64,000 bases of DNA, taken from contig CM119263.1 in the NCBI GenBank assembly GCA_051294375.1, positions 29,522,186-29,586,185 of the forward strand, written 5' to 3'. This document shows, in pieces, positions 26,887 to 39,100 of this stretch. The notes beneath the pieces were generated by a model. The model saw nothing but the letters and a program-made list of their open reading frames with translations, ran no database searches and had not been told where the DNA came from. The position numbers and the translations under genes are program-made. How positions within the stretch are numbered: the stretch's first letter is position 1; each line of letters starts with the position of its first letter. The DNA comes from Paraspadella gotoi. Lineage: Eukaryota > Animalia > Chaetognatha.

Positions 26887-27178
26887 GTAAGTTAAAAAAA
26901 GTTTGGTTGATAAATAAGCCATAGCGTTTCAGGCTAACTTACTCTTCTCTACTAACTGAGCTTTTTTTAGTATTTTCTGGTTTTACCATGCTCCATTGCT
27001 AATGTGATAGTATTAGCATAACCCCGCTAAAGGCAGAAGTTAACTTACTGAGAGTATGTAGCCCATAAGACAATGATACATGCAACGCCTCCTGGCATCC
27101 CTGGGCCACAAATTAATACATAATTAATATTTTTATTGCATTTTGTCTTCAATGACATTATATTTACTTTCTTACCAG

Positions 27179-28080
27179 GTTCCATTGCAACATCTACAGG
27201 ACAACGCTTTACTATTGTTTCATCACTCTTAGATAAACACACCTAAACAATCCCGTAGTTTTTGAGGGCAAAATTGCTGACAAAGTGACAGTAGCTATAA
27301 AGTCAATACAACTGTGATACAAGGAAAACATTTACAATTCAGCGAACAGTGTTGAGATAATTCGTAAGTTTGACAGACATCAAATCTGATTCATTTTCTT
27401 TGGTGATGCAAGGACGAATGCCAGGGCAGACCGACAGTTGGATATCTTTTAATGGAGAAATGCGAAGCTACTTTGAGAGACGTGCGTCAATGGTTTTGAG
27501 CTACCCGGACAACCTGATTTAAAGAAAGGCAGTCACTGGAACTGGCAAAAAATCTTTTGACTGGTTTAGCGTACTTGCACACGGGTATAAGACCTATTGT
27601 TCACAGAGATATTAAACGCGGATAACTGTTTTATAAAGATAGACGCAAGAAATAATACAATCACAGGAAAACTCGGTGACTTTGGGGTCAGTAAAGAAAT
27701 GAGTAGTTTTGTCAATATGAAACAACTGCCATCCATGGACATGAATATTATAGATCTCCAGAGCTTTTGCAGTTTCATTTGGAGTCAAAGTAAAATTAAC
27801 ACCAGCAGAACATCATTTTTCGGAATGTTTTTTGCACTCGGGTGTACTCTGGGAGAGTTGTTTACAGGAAAAACATCCATTTTTAGAGAAACAAGCGAGT
27901 ATACCTTTAATATTTCAGAATAATATTAGTGATGGAAAAATTAATTTTCTAACCTTTTTTGAAATACCCGTATGAAGCTAAAATAGGAATGTGCAATCTC
28001 ATACTGGCCATGACCTATTTTACAGCGACTAAATAGACCCACCGCAAGTAAATGCATGGAGCATCTATGTATTTCAAGAT
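27179..28080 (+). CDS. IRE1/RNase L-like protein kinase domain (multiple single-base frameshifts)
   Basis: Acceptor cttaccag| at 27178. Motifs in order: VVFEGKIADKVTVAIK (VAIK at 27291-27302), VEIIRKFDRH, MEKCEATLRDV, LTGLAYLH, IVHRDIK (HRD at 27602-27610), KLGDFGVSK (DFG at 27678-27686), YRSPELL (27749), FALGCTLGELFTGKHPF, RPTASKCMEH (28035). Confidence 0.9.
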
Positions 28081-28500
28081 CCTACACACAATACAGAAAG
28101 AGCGAATAGAGTCAATCAGTTACTGAATGAATAAAGGACCAAGAAGAAAGCCAAATATCATTCAACAGTGATAATGAAAACTCAGAATTGATCTTGGGAT
28201 GTAACGGAAACTGGCTGAAAAGTTTCCCACCAATTTCATCCTTACTTGACTGGAAGAGCGAGGTAAACTAAGCAAATATGATATCGCCCAAGCTTCTGAG
28301 CTTCGGCGTTGTTTGAGAAAACATCTTCACACATGCGGTTTAGTCCCTCTGACATTGAGGAAAGTAGTGGAATAACTCAACCGAGACAAGAGACATCCAT
28401 AGTACTTTATACAAAATATACCCTTGGTTGGATTGCCACGACTTGTGGTTTGATCAAGTTCTATGTGACAAACTTGATATTTTTGGGGAAATTTCAATAC
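28081..28500 (+). CDS. KEN (kinase-extension nuclease) ribonuclease domain
   Basis: ILGCNGNWLKSF, then SKYDIAQASELRRCLRNIFTHAV (R at 28316, H at 28332-28334; needs one A removed from an A run). Compare IRE1 DLLRAMRNKKHH and RNase L DLLKFIRNLGEH. Lies directly after the kinase, as in both families. Confidence 0.8.
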
Positions 28501-29205
28501 GAGTTAGAGATACAGATGCATCAAGAATTGAAAGAAAAAAATGCCATTCTTCCTTTGCAAAAAGATAATGAAATTTTTATTGAGGGAAGAGAAAAAATTG
28601 TAATTAAGCAAGAAAAAGTGTTCGCTTTAATTTCTGTCGGAAACATCAAAAAACTACTTCGTTCAAAGAAAAAAAGCAACTTTCTGATTTCCAACTCCTT
28701 GGGAGACACGTTATCTGACGAAGACTGGGTTTTCGATGGATCGACGCTGCGGGCAGAAAAAATCAGGGAGCTTAAGATCTCTCTCGTAAGCAGAGAAAGA
28801 TTCCAGATGCAAGAGATGGAACTTGAAGCAAACTGTGATTTGACGATCGCCGAGCTCGTCGCTAAAGCCGTAGAAAAATTGCCCCTTGACTTCAAGAAAA
28901 AGATCAAATTGATGAGGTTGCGAAGTTCGTACGATAGGTTGCTGGATCCTAAGAAGACCCTGGAGGAGCAAGCCGTCNNNNNNNNNNNNNNNNNNNNNNN
29001 NNNNNNNNNNNNNNNNNNNNNNNNNNNNNNNNNNNNNNNNNNNNNNNNNNNNNNNNNNNNNNNNNNNNNNNNNNNNNNNNNNNNNNNNNNNNNNNNNNNN
29101 NNNNNNNNNNNNNNNNNNNNNNNNNNNNNNNNNNNNNNNNNNNNNNAGAACAAATCAGAGGGAAGCGATGAAGATGTGATCGAATGTGGCGATTTGTTTG
29201 AGTAG
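28501..29205 (+). CDS. C-terminal region: two putative ubiquitin-like domains and an acidic tail
   Basis: Clean ORF with ISVGNIKKLL...LGDTLSDEDWVFDGSTLRA and LKISLVS...ELEANCDLTIAELVAKAVEKL...RLRSSYDRLLDPKKTLEEQAV (beta-grasp pattern). After an N gap it ends SEGSDEDVIECGDLFE*; ATTAAA at 29259. Confidence 0.7.
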   Translation, partial: ELEIQMHQELKEKNAILPLQKDNEIFIEGREKIVIKQEKVFALISVGNIKKLLRSKKKSNFLISNSLGDTLSDEDWVFDGSTLRAEKIRELKISLVSRERFQMQEMELEANCDLTIAELVAKAVEKLPLDFKKKIKLMRLRSSYDRLLDPKKTLEEQAVXXXXXXXXXXXXXXXXXXXXXXXXXXXXXXXXXXXXXXXXXXXXXXXXXXXXXXXXXNKSEGSDEDVIECGDLFE

Positions 29206-29514
29206 TTGACGCTGCATCGAAAAAATTTGTGTGTGACTATATCTGTATGTATTCAATCATTAAATTTTTTGAAATTTAAATAGGTATGTCTTTATTGTTT
29301 ATACCTATTATCTAGTATTCAAAAAGATTCAATCTTAAAGTTAACTTTTTGAGCGGAAAACTAAAAAAATAAGATCGGTTCATCAATGTGCATTGGAATT
29401 ACGTCTTTTATTCCTTGTAGTTTTAGAATTTCTTGAAGGCGGCGCAAACAGTCACTAAGATTCAATGTTTTTTTCCTGTCTTTACAAATAAGCAACCAAC
29501 TATAGACGCCACGT

Positions 29515-30092
29515 GACTTCAGAAAAAGGATCAATATTCATGAGGTTGCGAAGTTCGACGATAAAGGTTGCTTGGATCGCTAGAGAGGATTTTGTGATAT
29601 GCCCTGCTGGGTTGGGAAGCGTCTGTGAGGGGATGCAGAGATGGGGCTAGTCGCGTCTGAGTGTTATCGGACGATGGGAGTCGTTCTCCTGCTGTTTATG
29701 CCTTTCGATTCGGCAGGAGAAGATGAAAGAGGAGAACACAATCAGAGGACGATGACAGAATGTGATGAATGGCCGCGGTTTGTTTGAGTAGTTTTGTTGA
29801 CGCTGCCGCATGAATCATAACATTTTGTGTGTGACTATATCTGCTGTATCTGATCATTAGACTTTTTTGAAATTAAATAGTATGTCTTTATTGTTATCAT
29901 ATTACTAGTATTCAAAGATTCAATCTTAAAGTAACTTTGGAGCGGAAACTAAAAAAAAGATAGTTCATCAATGTGCATTGGAATTACGTCTTTTTTTTTC
30001 TCTTGTAGTTTAGAATTTCCTGATAGGCGGCGCAACAGTTCACTAGATCATGTTTTTCCTGTCTTTTAAAATAAGCCAACCAACTATAGACG
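29515..30092 (+). other. Noisy duplicate of 28888-29509 spanning the N gap in the gene
   Basis: Shares gacttc...agaaaaa, atgaggttgcgaagttcg, tttgtttgagtag and the 3' flank, with indel noise. Confidence 0.85.
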
Positions 30093-31638
30093 TTGAAAGT
30101 GATATTCAAAAATTGGAATTCAAATTTCGTTCGGATCCGTTACGGACTTTCTACTTCATTGTCGAGAAACCGCTAGGATGAAATTCTTCAAAACCTGACA
30201 GAATGGATTGGACTAAATTAATGTATTTAATTTTCAATTCTGACTGTTTTATTTAGTTTAGAAAAGTCATTGACGTTTTCAATGTGTTCATGTTCATTTA
30301 ATAACCGCACCTTTTTACTATGTAAAATTTGAATTTTTTATGAACCATATCGAAATAAAAAATCTTCGGTCTGAATATTTCACCAAAATTTAGCGTCAAA
30401 GATGGGAGAAAATTTGAATCAGAAGTTGCAGGTAAACCTCAATGTGAACAGAAGCACTAAGTTTCTAGGGATATAAGTTCACCGCCTTTGTATCAAGCGA
30501 TTTATTAACACTAGTTTCAACTAATCAAAGTAATCTTGTTAGCTGAAAATACCTCAGATTTTGAAAATCACCCAGGATCACTAGAGACTAGATCACTAAG
30601 ATCACTGACTCCAACTCCCACATGTTGATGGAGCAGGCGTGACATGGCTGAAATATAGCACCTTTTTTACAAAAAGATGGTTGTGGAGAATGGCACACCA
30701 GATGATGAACAAAAATGGAATCNNNNNNNNNNNNNNNNNNNNNNNNNAACTTTCTCATCAAAAACAAGTGCTGTGTAACTTACCTTTTCCCTTTTATCAT
30801 GAAGCCTAGACATCTTTTTACTTCATTTTTTGTAATGGGGTAACATTAATTAGATGAATCCGATTGTAGAAGCAAATATGTTTTAGATTACTGTGAAAGG
30901 AGCACATTATGAGCATACACTAAGTCACTTTTGCATAAATCTGGTACTTTTTAAAAAAGTCAAGGACTTTTCTATCAAATGATGTATAATAAGTTAACTG
31001 AGTAAGAAATTTTTATTTTGTGCCATCCGTTCTGAGTCACGGGGTAAGACATTTTTTCTTCTTAACTAACAAAATTAAAGGTCAAAAGGTCAAATTTCTT
31101 CCTCCTCAACTCATAACAATAAAAACATTTCATAACAAATAAAATCGAGGGAGAGAGAGCAAAAAATGGTGCGAGGGAAAAGAGATATAACGTCAGAAAA
31201 TCATAACAGATCATTTTTTAACANNNNNNNNNNCCGACATGGAACAAAAAATCAGGTTTAAAAATCGCGAATTTCTGGATTCTTACTTCTTGTTCTCTTT
31301 CTTCGGTTTCATATCTCATCCTATCTCTTTCCTATTCATTCCTATCTCATATCTCTTTCCTATTTATTCCTATCTCTCTCCTTTCTCATTTTTGATTTAA
31401 CCTTCCATATTCTTTTTCCCTTTTTTCGTTCTTCTCGATCACGAAATTTTTTCCGCTCTATCTTTCCAATCTTCTTTTTCTATCTTTTTCTATTCTTTTT
31501 CTATCTTTCCAATATTCTTTTTCTATTCTTTTTCTATCTTTCCAATCTTCTTTTTCTATCTTTCTCCTTTTCTTTTTTCAACTGAGTTCCTCTCTCTCAC
31601 TTCCTTCTTCTCCCACTCCCTCTATTTTAACCTTCCTT

Positions 31639-31790
<152 letters not shown>

Positions 31791-33320
31791 CCTCCGCAGT
31801 CTCAAAGAAAGGAACTTAATCAATCCGCGCAAAAAATCTCGAACAAAAGACGCGATTTTGGATCCGAATCACGTGCGCGTACGACGAGCGTGCACTTCCA
31901 GGCGATTCACACGTACGCACGCACGCCAGTCCAGGAGCGGGTTTACGTGCGCATGATCGACCGAAAGACGGTCTGCGTGTAAATTTGGGCCAAACGTAGA
32001 AAAATGATAGCACCGGTTGGAGGCCCCGGTTGCTTGGTTAACCAATAAAAAAATTTTGTAAAATGGGTTAACGGTTAGTAAATTANNNNNNNNNNNNNNN
32101 NNNNNNNNNNNNNNNNNNNNNNNNNNNNNNNNNNNNNNNNNNNNNNNNNNNNNNNNNNNNNNNNNNNNNNNNNNNNNNNNNNNNNNNNNNNNNNNNNNNN
32201 NNNNNNNNNNNNNNNNNNNNNNNNNNNNNNNNNNNNNNNNNNNNNNNNNNNNNNNNNNNNNNNNNNNNNNNNNNNNNNNNNNNNNATCTCTCCACCCCGC
32301 AGGAATTTAACACACGAAGGGGAGGACAGTCTTATTACATATTAGTTTTTATTTAACTATTAATTAATGGTAGAGGCAACATAATTTATTTATCGGAGGC
32401 AGGGACCAAGAAGACGGGTTTAATTGTATAATGATAATTGAGGATGAGACCCTGAAGGAAGAGAGAGAGAGAGAGAGAGAGAAGGAGAGAGAGAGAATCG
32501 CTAAACGAAGGTTAAAAATATCGTCTTCGCTCGATCGTTTATAAAAGCGATTTTCTCTTTTCAAAGTCGATCGTCGTTTGACCCTCGATTTGCTCGTTGC
32601 AGACGGCAATGGCAGGTGGACTTGTGCAAGAGGTCAGACCAAGAGGTCGCAATGAGGATCTAAAATTAGCGACGCATCGGATTTGAGTCTTTGAGGTCAA
32701 AAGTCGAAAAAGGTTTTTCGTGGATGAATTTATGACCATTTCTTCTTTAGCTTTTTATTGGGAGAAATTTTCTGGCAATGAGATGGCAAAAGTCGGTGGC
32801 AATTGCCAGTTTATACGGATCTTAAAACGATTGTTAGATAAACGAAAAAATGCACGACGTCTAAAGGATATTTTCGTCAAACATTTATTTCGATTCGAAT
32901 TTCGTTGCGTTTGACTTCATTTGTTTTTGTCCGTCGAATCCTTTTGCTTGAGGCTCCATTTAGGGGACATCGTCGTCGTCGTCATCGTCGTCGTTATGAT
33001 CGTCGTCGTGGTTTTCGTTGTCGCTGGCGTCCGTGTTGCTCTCATCGTCATCATCGTCGTCGTCGTCGCCTTTCTTATGGCTGTTGTTGTCGTCGTCGTC
33101 GTTTTCGCCGTCGTATTGAACGTCGTCGTTGCTTTCGTTATCGCTGGAACTTTCTGTCGTCGTTATCGTCGTCAACATCGTCGTCGTCTTCGTCGTCATC
33201 ATCGTCCTCGCCTTCGTCAAAATTTCATTTTTGTCAATTATCATACGAATCGATTTTTCTCTTTTGTTTATTAAATCGACGGATTTTTTCCGTATTTTTT
33301 TTCCCGACTTCGATATTATC

Positions 33321-33401
<81 letters not shown>

Positions 33402-33805
33402 GTCGTCGTCGTCGTCGTCATCATCATCATCGTCATCGTCATCGTCGTCGTAGTCATCCTCTTCCTCGTCATATCACTCGTCAAGTGTCACCGAAATTTC
33501 CTTTCATGGTAATAAAAGCTTTCTCGTCATCATCATCNNNNNNNNNNTCATCATCATCATCTAACAAATAAACTCCTGATCGTTATTTTCTTCATAGTCG
33601 TCGTCGTCGTCGTCGTCGTCGTTGTTCTCTCTCCCCCACTCCCCCCCTCTCTCGGCTGAGAAATAAAACGGTTGAAGCCTTTTTTTCCAAAACATTTGAG
33701 GATGATATTTTTTTCTCGCTCGTTGACTTTTAATGGGCGAATTGGTAAACAAGGAAATGGGGCGAAAGTTTATAAAAAATAAACAGAAAATAAACAAGGA
33801 GACGA

Positions 33806-33848
<43 letters not shown>

Positions 33849-33989
33849 TCATCATAATAAGAAAGTCGAGGAAGACGACAAGTGACGTGAACGACAACGA
33901 CAACGACAACGACAACGATTAATGTGATTCTGTTTCGGGTTTTAGTTTGTGAATTTAAATTGAGCTCGAAATTACTCTAATACATACAC

Positions 33990-34503
33990 TAAGGCGTAGT
34001 AAAATTTCTAAATTTAACTTTAATTAAAATTCTAAAAGTGAGGAACGAACAACATTATACTAATGAACATTTATGTAATAAAAAAATTTATAATAAATTT
34101 TACAATTTACGCAGTAGGCCATATTTATACTAGTACTAAACCAATAAATGTTAAAATTTCAAAACAGTTTTTTCTAAGATTTTTTTGCAGATTTGGATTC
34201 GTCATAAAAAGTTGATAAAAAGAAATATAACTCTTTTTGAAAAATTCCTTCATTAAGTGGGTCAAAAAATTAGAAAAAGCTATATTTTAAGCTGAAAATT
34301 AACTTTTTATATATTAAATATAGTTTTTTTTAATTTTTATAATAATAAATAAATTTTATAAGGATAGTACTATATATAAATATAGCCTACTGCGAAAATT
34401 AAAAAACATAAAATAAATTTTTTTTACAAATTAAAGTTCACTGATGGTATGTTGTTCATAATTGACTTTTAGAATTTTCGTATGTAACTTTCACTACGCC
34501 TTA
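33990..34503. mobile_element. MITE with ~150-bp imperfect TIRs and 8-bp TSD
   Basis: Ends TAAGGCGTAGT...ACTACGCCTTA; TSD ACATACAC at 33982-33989 and 34504-34511; inner arms pair (aaaattctaaaagt/acttttagaatttt, cgcagtaggc/gcctactgcg). Confidence 0.85.
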
Positions 34504-34530
34504 ACATACACTACGGTTTTTATTATTTAA

Positions 34531-35393
34531 GGGGACCAAGTGAACAGGGGGGGTAAAAAGCTGAAAACATAACATTTGACCCTTTAATTTAAGTTGGTTC
34601 TGACCATATAATTTTTTCTTTTTTAATCATTTGGGAAAGTAGTTAAAAAATTCGATAAAATCAGCGAGCTTAATTTTCTTTAAAAAATCGGTAAGAAGAA
34701 AATTTTTTTTTTCCAAAAAAGGGTAAGATCTAAATTTAAAAAGATTTTCAGCTTTTATCACAAAAATTTATAAGAAAAAAAACTAGGAATGAATCAAAAT
34801 TTAAAGTATCGACTGATTTTATTTAAACTTTCTTTTCAAATGATTCTGTTAATTGGATGAAAATAAAACTCTTTAAGGTAATATAAATATAAAAAGAAGA
34901 GAAAGATTCTTTATTTTTGCTAAATTTTTAATTATTATAATTAGGAATCAATATAGTTTAATAATACATTTAAGGGATGAATATGAATATTAATTAATAA
35001 TTATTACAGTTTTGTTTCTGTAAGAATAGAATTTAGGTTTGATTTGTCTGCTTTTAAGTAAATATAAAAATAAAAAATATTAGTCTTGTAAAGCCTTTGT
35101 TCAATGAGGCTTAAACCTAAAACTGTAGCCTTGTACAGTAAAAAATAAAAAAATTGGAATTTAGTAAAAAATACTTTCTAATGCAAAAATAAAATAATGG
35201 ATTATATAAATATTTAGGTAGGGTAAACTAAATGTTTTTTTCATAATTATTAAATTTTTGTTTCCGCTACAATAAGAGATAGGAATTTTTTTGCCACTTT
35301 CCCGTACAAAGAAAAATTAATGACTATCACCATTCAAATTCCTTTGATGATAGACCCTTAAGCTTATGATATCATTTTTATCACTGGGTCCCC
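34531..35393. mobile_element. Non-autonomous TTAA-specific DNA transposon (Kolobok-like)
   Basis: TTAA|GGGGACCAAGTGA...TCACTGGGTCCCC|TTAA: 13-bp TIR with one mismatch, TTAA on both sides and purine-purine termini. Confidence 0.8.
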
Positions 35394-36130
35394 TTAAGAA
35401 AACTATAAATTACAGNNNNNNNNNNNNNNNNNNNNNNNNNTCGTCTGGGGTCACTGTGACCGACCGTAGTCCAAAGCACGAGCGCAAGGGACCGAGCTCG
35501 TGGGAAGAAATCAGAGCACATTAGGTTTTTTGCTTGCAATATTTGAACGGAGGGGGTAGATCGAGTTGAAAAGAGGTTATGAGAAACGACGAAAAGATTT
35601 CAATATTTAGTTATGTCCTAAATTTTTTTTCGTTGAGCGGCGACGAGGGAGTTTTTATTTTATAATATTAATTTATTATAGTACTTCTGCGAAAGCAGAA
35701 CTACGTTTAAGTGACCGCACCTCGCCCCTGATTGATTGTCCAAAAAACGTTGGGAGTTTCTGAAATTTTTATTAAAGAAAGTGGCGGGCGGTACGCCGTT
35801 GAAACGGAAGGGCAAACTTGTAAGTTAGTTTGTCTATTTCTGTTTCCGCACGGCCGATTCCCGTCTTTTACAGTTTTAACGTTTCCTAATGCACGTCACT
35901 GTTCTCATGTGTGAAATGTCAACGGGTTCTCTATTCGTTGGGGCGGGGCAGCATTTAAAGAGTGCGAAATATTTGGGAACGGGACCGCTGAAAAGGAACG
36001 TCAATTGGTTCTGCTGTGCTCACAGACGTTTAACGGTAGCTGGTGGACCATATCTTGTTAGCACAATTAAGAATCTCGTCGATGGAGGGACGCTAGCGGC
36101 GAGTCGAATCGAGGCTGTGGAGGGAGCACT

Positions 36131-39100
36131 GCCACCCGGTGCTTGGTTACCAATAAAAAAAATTTTGTAAAATGGGTTAACGTTAGTACACTTAATAGTT
36201 AATACGATTGGTATCAGGTTTAAGGGTCAAATTATAAATATTTACGGGGTTAAGGTACGATAATTATTGTTAAATGATTAAGTGGTGCGCTGAACGATCA
36301 TTCGTAGCGTCCACGGGATTTGACGGTTTCTCGAGATGAGGAGTGTCTGGACATTCTGAAATACGTTTATTTTAATCACCTCTCGTCTCTCTCTCGCACA
36401 TCATGATTACGTGCGTGTCAGATCTGACATCTCACGGTAACGATGACACGAATAAACAAAGGTTCTCTTACACTGCATCCTCACAAGGTTGCATGACAAT
36501 CATTAATGGTTTCAATAAATTAATTTGAGAAGAGTTTTCCTTCTCTCTCTCTTCTCTTCTTCTGAGTTCTTTCGGGTGTTTCAAGGTTGAAATGCCCTCG
36601 AGCTTCTTTAGCCATTTCTTGGACCATCCAATCTATACTTCCGCTCGGTTCTTCCTGCTCGGTCATTGGTCATTACCTACAGGTTGAAGTAAGTCTGTGA
36701 TTGGCATTCTGGATGATATCGTGAAGGGAAGAGACCGAGCCAATCAACGATCACTGTGCAGGTGGAGAGGCACCGTATGTTATAGGTTCCATTCCGTTGA
36801 TGATACTGATATAATGTAATCACTCTGGGTGTGAATCCTTATTCTCTTCGGTCGCGTATGTAATCGAAAAGCTCATGAAATGTCTCTCAGTCAGAATAAT
36901 TTCTTTTTAACTACATTGACTCATTGCGTAATCTATCAAATATCAATGATATCATTACTCCTTAATATCAATGATCCCAATTTATATCACAACACACTCT
37001 ACAACTATACCAATCCTCTTTCCCCATATACGCTGCTTTCCCGATCTTCCCTCGTAGCGATCCTCACACAGTGTGCTTTCCAATTCCTCCTCTCAACAAC
37101 GTAAAGATCTCTCGCTATTCCAAGGTCTGCCATTCTCCGAAATATCTTCATTTACCCCAGCCCACTTAAGACCTCAACGGACGTATAACACACGTGGTAT
37201 GCTGGGCGCCCGTGAATACGTAGGGAGATGGCCTCTACCTCGAGTCGAACGTTAATAGTTAACTAAACTGAATATGTCCACTCTCCAAGGTATATGTCGT
37301 GCGCATATGTGTGTTGAAAATATTGTTCCGGGCGAGAGCAGTCTTTTGACGTAGTTTTGTCCGGATTCCTTGTCGTCGCAAGCCGTCGCTTACAAACAGC
37401 CGAGGGCCGTTACGAGGACCAAAGAAGTGTTTGTATCTGTCGACGGGCAGCCGGGCGCCGTGAGCCTTTGATCTGTCAGAGCGGAGATTATTTTAAAAGC
37501 CCGCGGATTTGATGGGAATATCTCACACCGAGTGGTATCCGTTGTTGTCCAATCGAGGAAAAGACTCATTCGGCAATCGTCGGTTTGACCCCTCCGCACC
37601 GTTTCGCGGACAACGAGAAAAGGAAATTCCTAAGGGAAGACGACAGTCGATTCTGAAGTGGCTCGTGGATGCTATCAGGGCAGACGATTTTTAGAAGGAG
37701 ACTGTAAGGAGAAGAAACAGTCAATCTGGTTTTATATCGGTGTTGATTTGCCATTTGATTTGCAGGCCAAGAGTATAGGTATGATTTTTCGAAAAGTACA
37801 TCTCACTCTTGATAAATGAGGTTCGCAGGAGCATGTATTCATTAGACATTTAATTATAGATTTTTGGGACGCGATGAAACGTATATCAAGCTCCTGTAGT
37901 CTTTTAACATATCTGAACACGTCAAAACTATCGAAGTAGGTCGAAAAAAGGTTTTAATAACACCTCGTGGATGAATTTTATGACCATTTCCTTCTTTACG
38001 ACGACCTACTTTTTGTATTCCATTTTATTTCTGAAGGTTGAAGACAGCCAAAAAATTAATCGTCTGCGGGTCCAGAGCAAGGCAAAGACTGTTTTCCTCC
38101 GAACGGTATTGTCGAGTGTCCATAGAGCACACAAAAGTCGGTAGGAATTGCCAGTCTTATACAACCGCGACCTCTTTCAGTAAACCACCGAAGCAATTGT
38201 ACCTAGATAAACGAACAAAATGCACACACGACGTCTATAAGGCCACTTCACAAAAGAACTTCTGTTTACGTCGGGACAAACATTATCCGTTTCGATCCGA
38301 AAGTTTCGTTGCGGGTCCGCGACCTTAATGAGCTCTTCATTTTAGTGCTGTTCGGTTCGAGTGTCGAACACCGTTTTGGAGAGGCGAATCCTTTTGCTTG
38401 AGGACTCACCCGCACCTTCCTCGGGGGACAGTCGTCGTCGAGTATGTCAATGTCGTCGCTTACGTGAAATCGCTGCGTCGGGGTTAGTGACGCGTTGTAG
38501 TCTTAGTGACGTCGCGCGGCTGTATGCGTCCGCACATCCCGTCCGATCCAAGTGAGGCACGGAGCGGTACGGTGTCGCGCAGCCTGGAGATCGTGTTATT
38601 GGCGGCTGGAGTTGTCGTCGTGACGGTACACGTGTCTATATCGCACGTCGTATTGAACGTCGTCGTTGCTTATCGTTATCGCGTGATGGAACTTGCTGTC
38701 TAGTCGTTTGATCGTCGTCAACATCGCGTGTCTTCGTCGTCATCACGTCCTCGCCTTCGTCAAAATTTCATTTTTGTCAATTATCATACGAACTGCGATA
38801 TTTTCTCATTTTGTTTATAATCGACGGATTTTTTTCCGTATTTTTTTCCCGACTTCGATATTATCTTCATCATCATCATCATCACATCATCATCATCATC
38901 ATCATCTATCATCATCATCATCATCATCATCGTCGATCGTCGTCGTCGTCGTCTCAATCATATGTCATCGTCATCGTCGTCGTAGCCATCCTCTTCCTCG
39001 TCGTATATATCACTCGTCAAGTGTCACCGAATATTTCCTTTCATGGTAAATAAAGCTTGCTCGTCATGCTACCATCAATCATCATCATCATACATCATCA

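Noticed and set aside
27179-28500. Assigning the symbol IRE1/ERN1 or RNASEL
   Set aside because: No luminal/TM or ankyrin region seen and the sequence is very divergent; orthology is unsupported without a phylogeny.
30100-30800. Minus-strand exon-like blocks with splice signals
   Set aside because: The 30553-30647 block has stops in all frames and no coherent CDS could be built.
32905-33512. Overlapping poly-Ser/Ile/Met ORFs
   Set aside because: Trinucleotide microsatellite translations.
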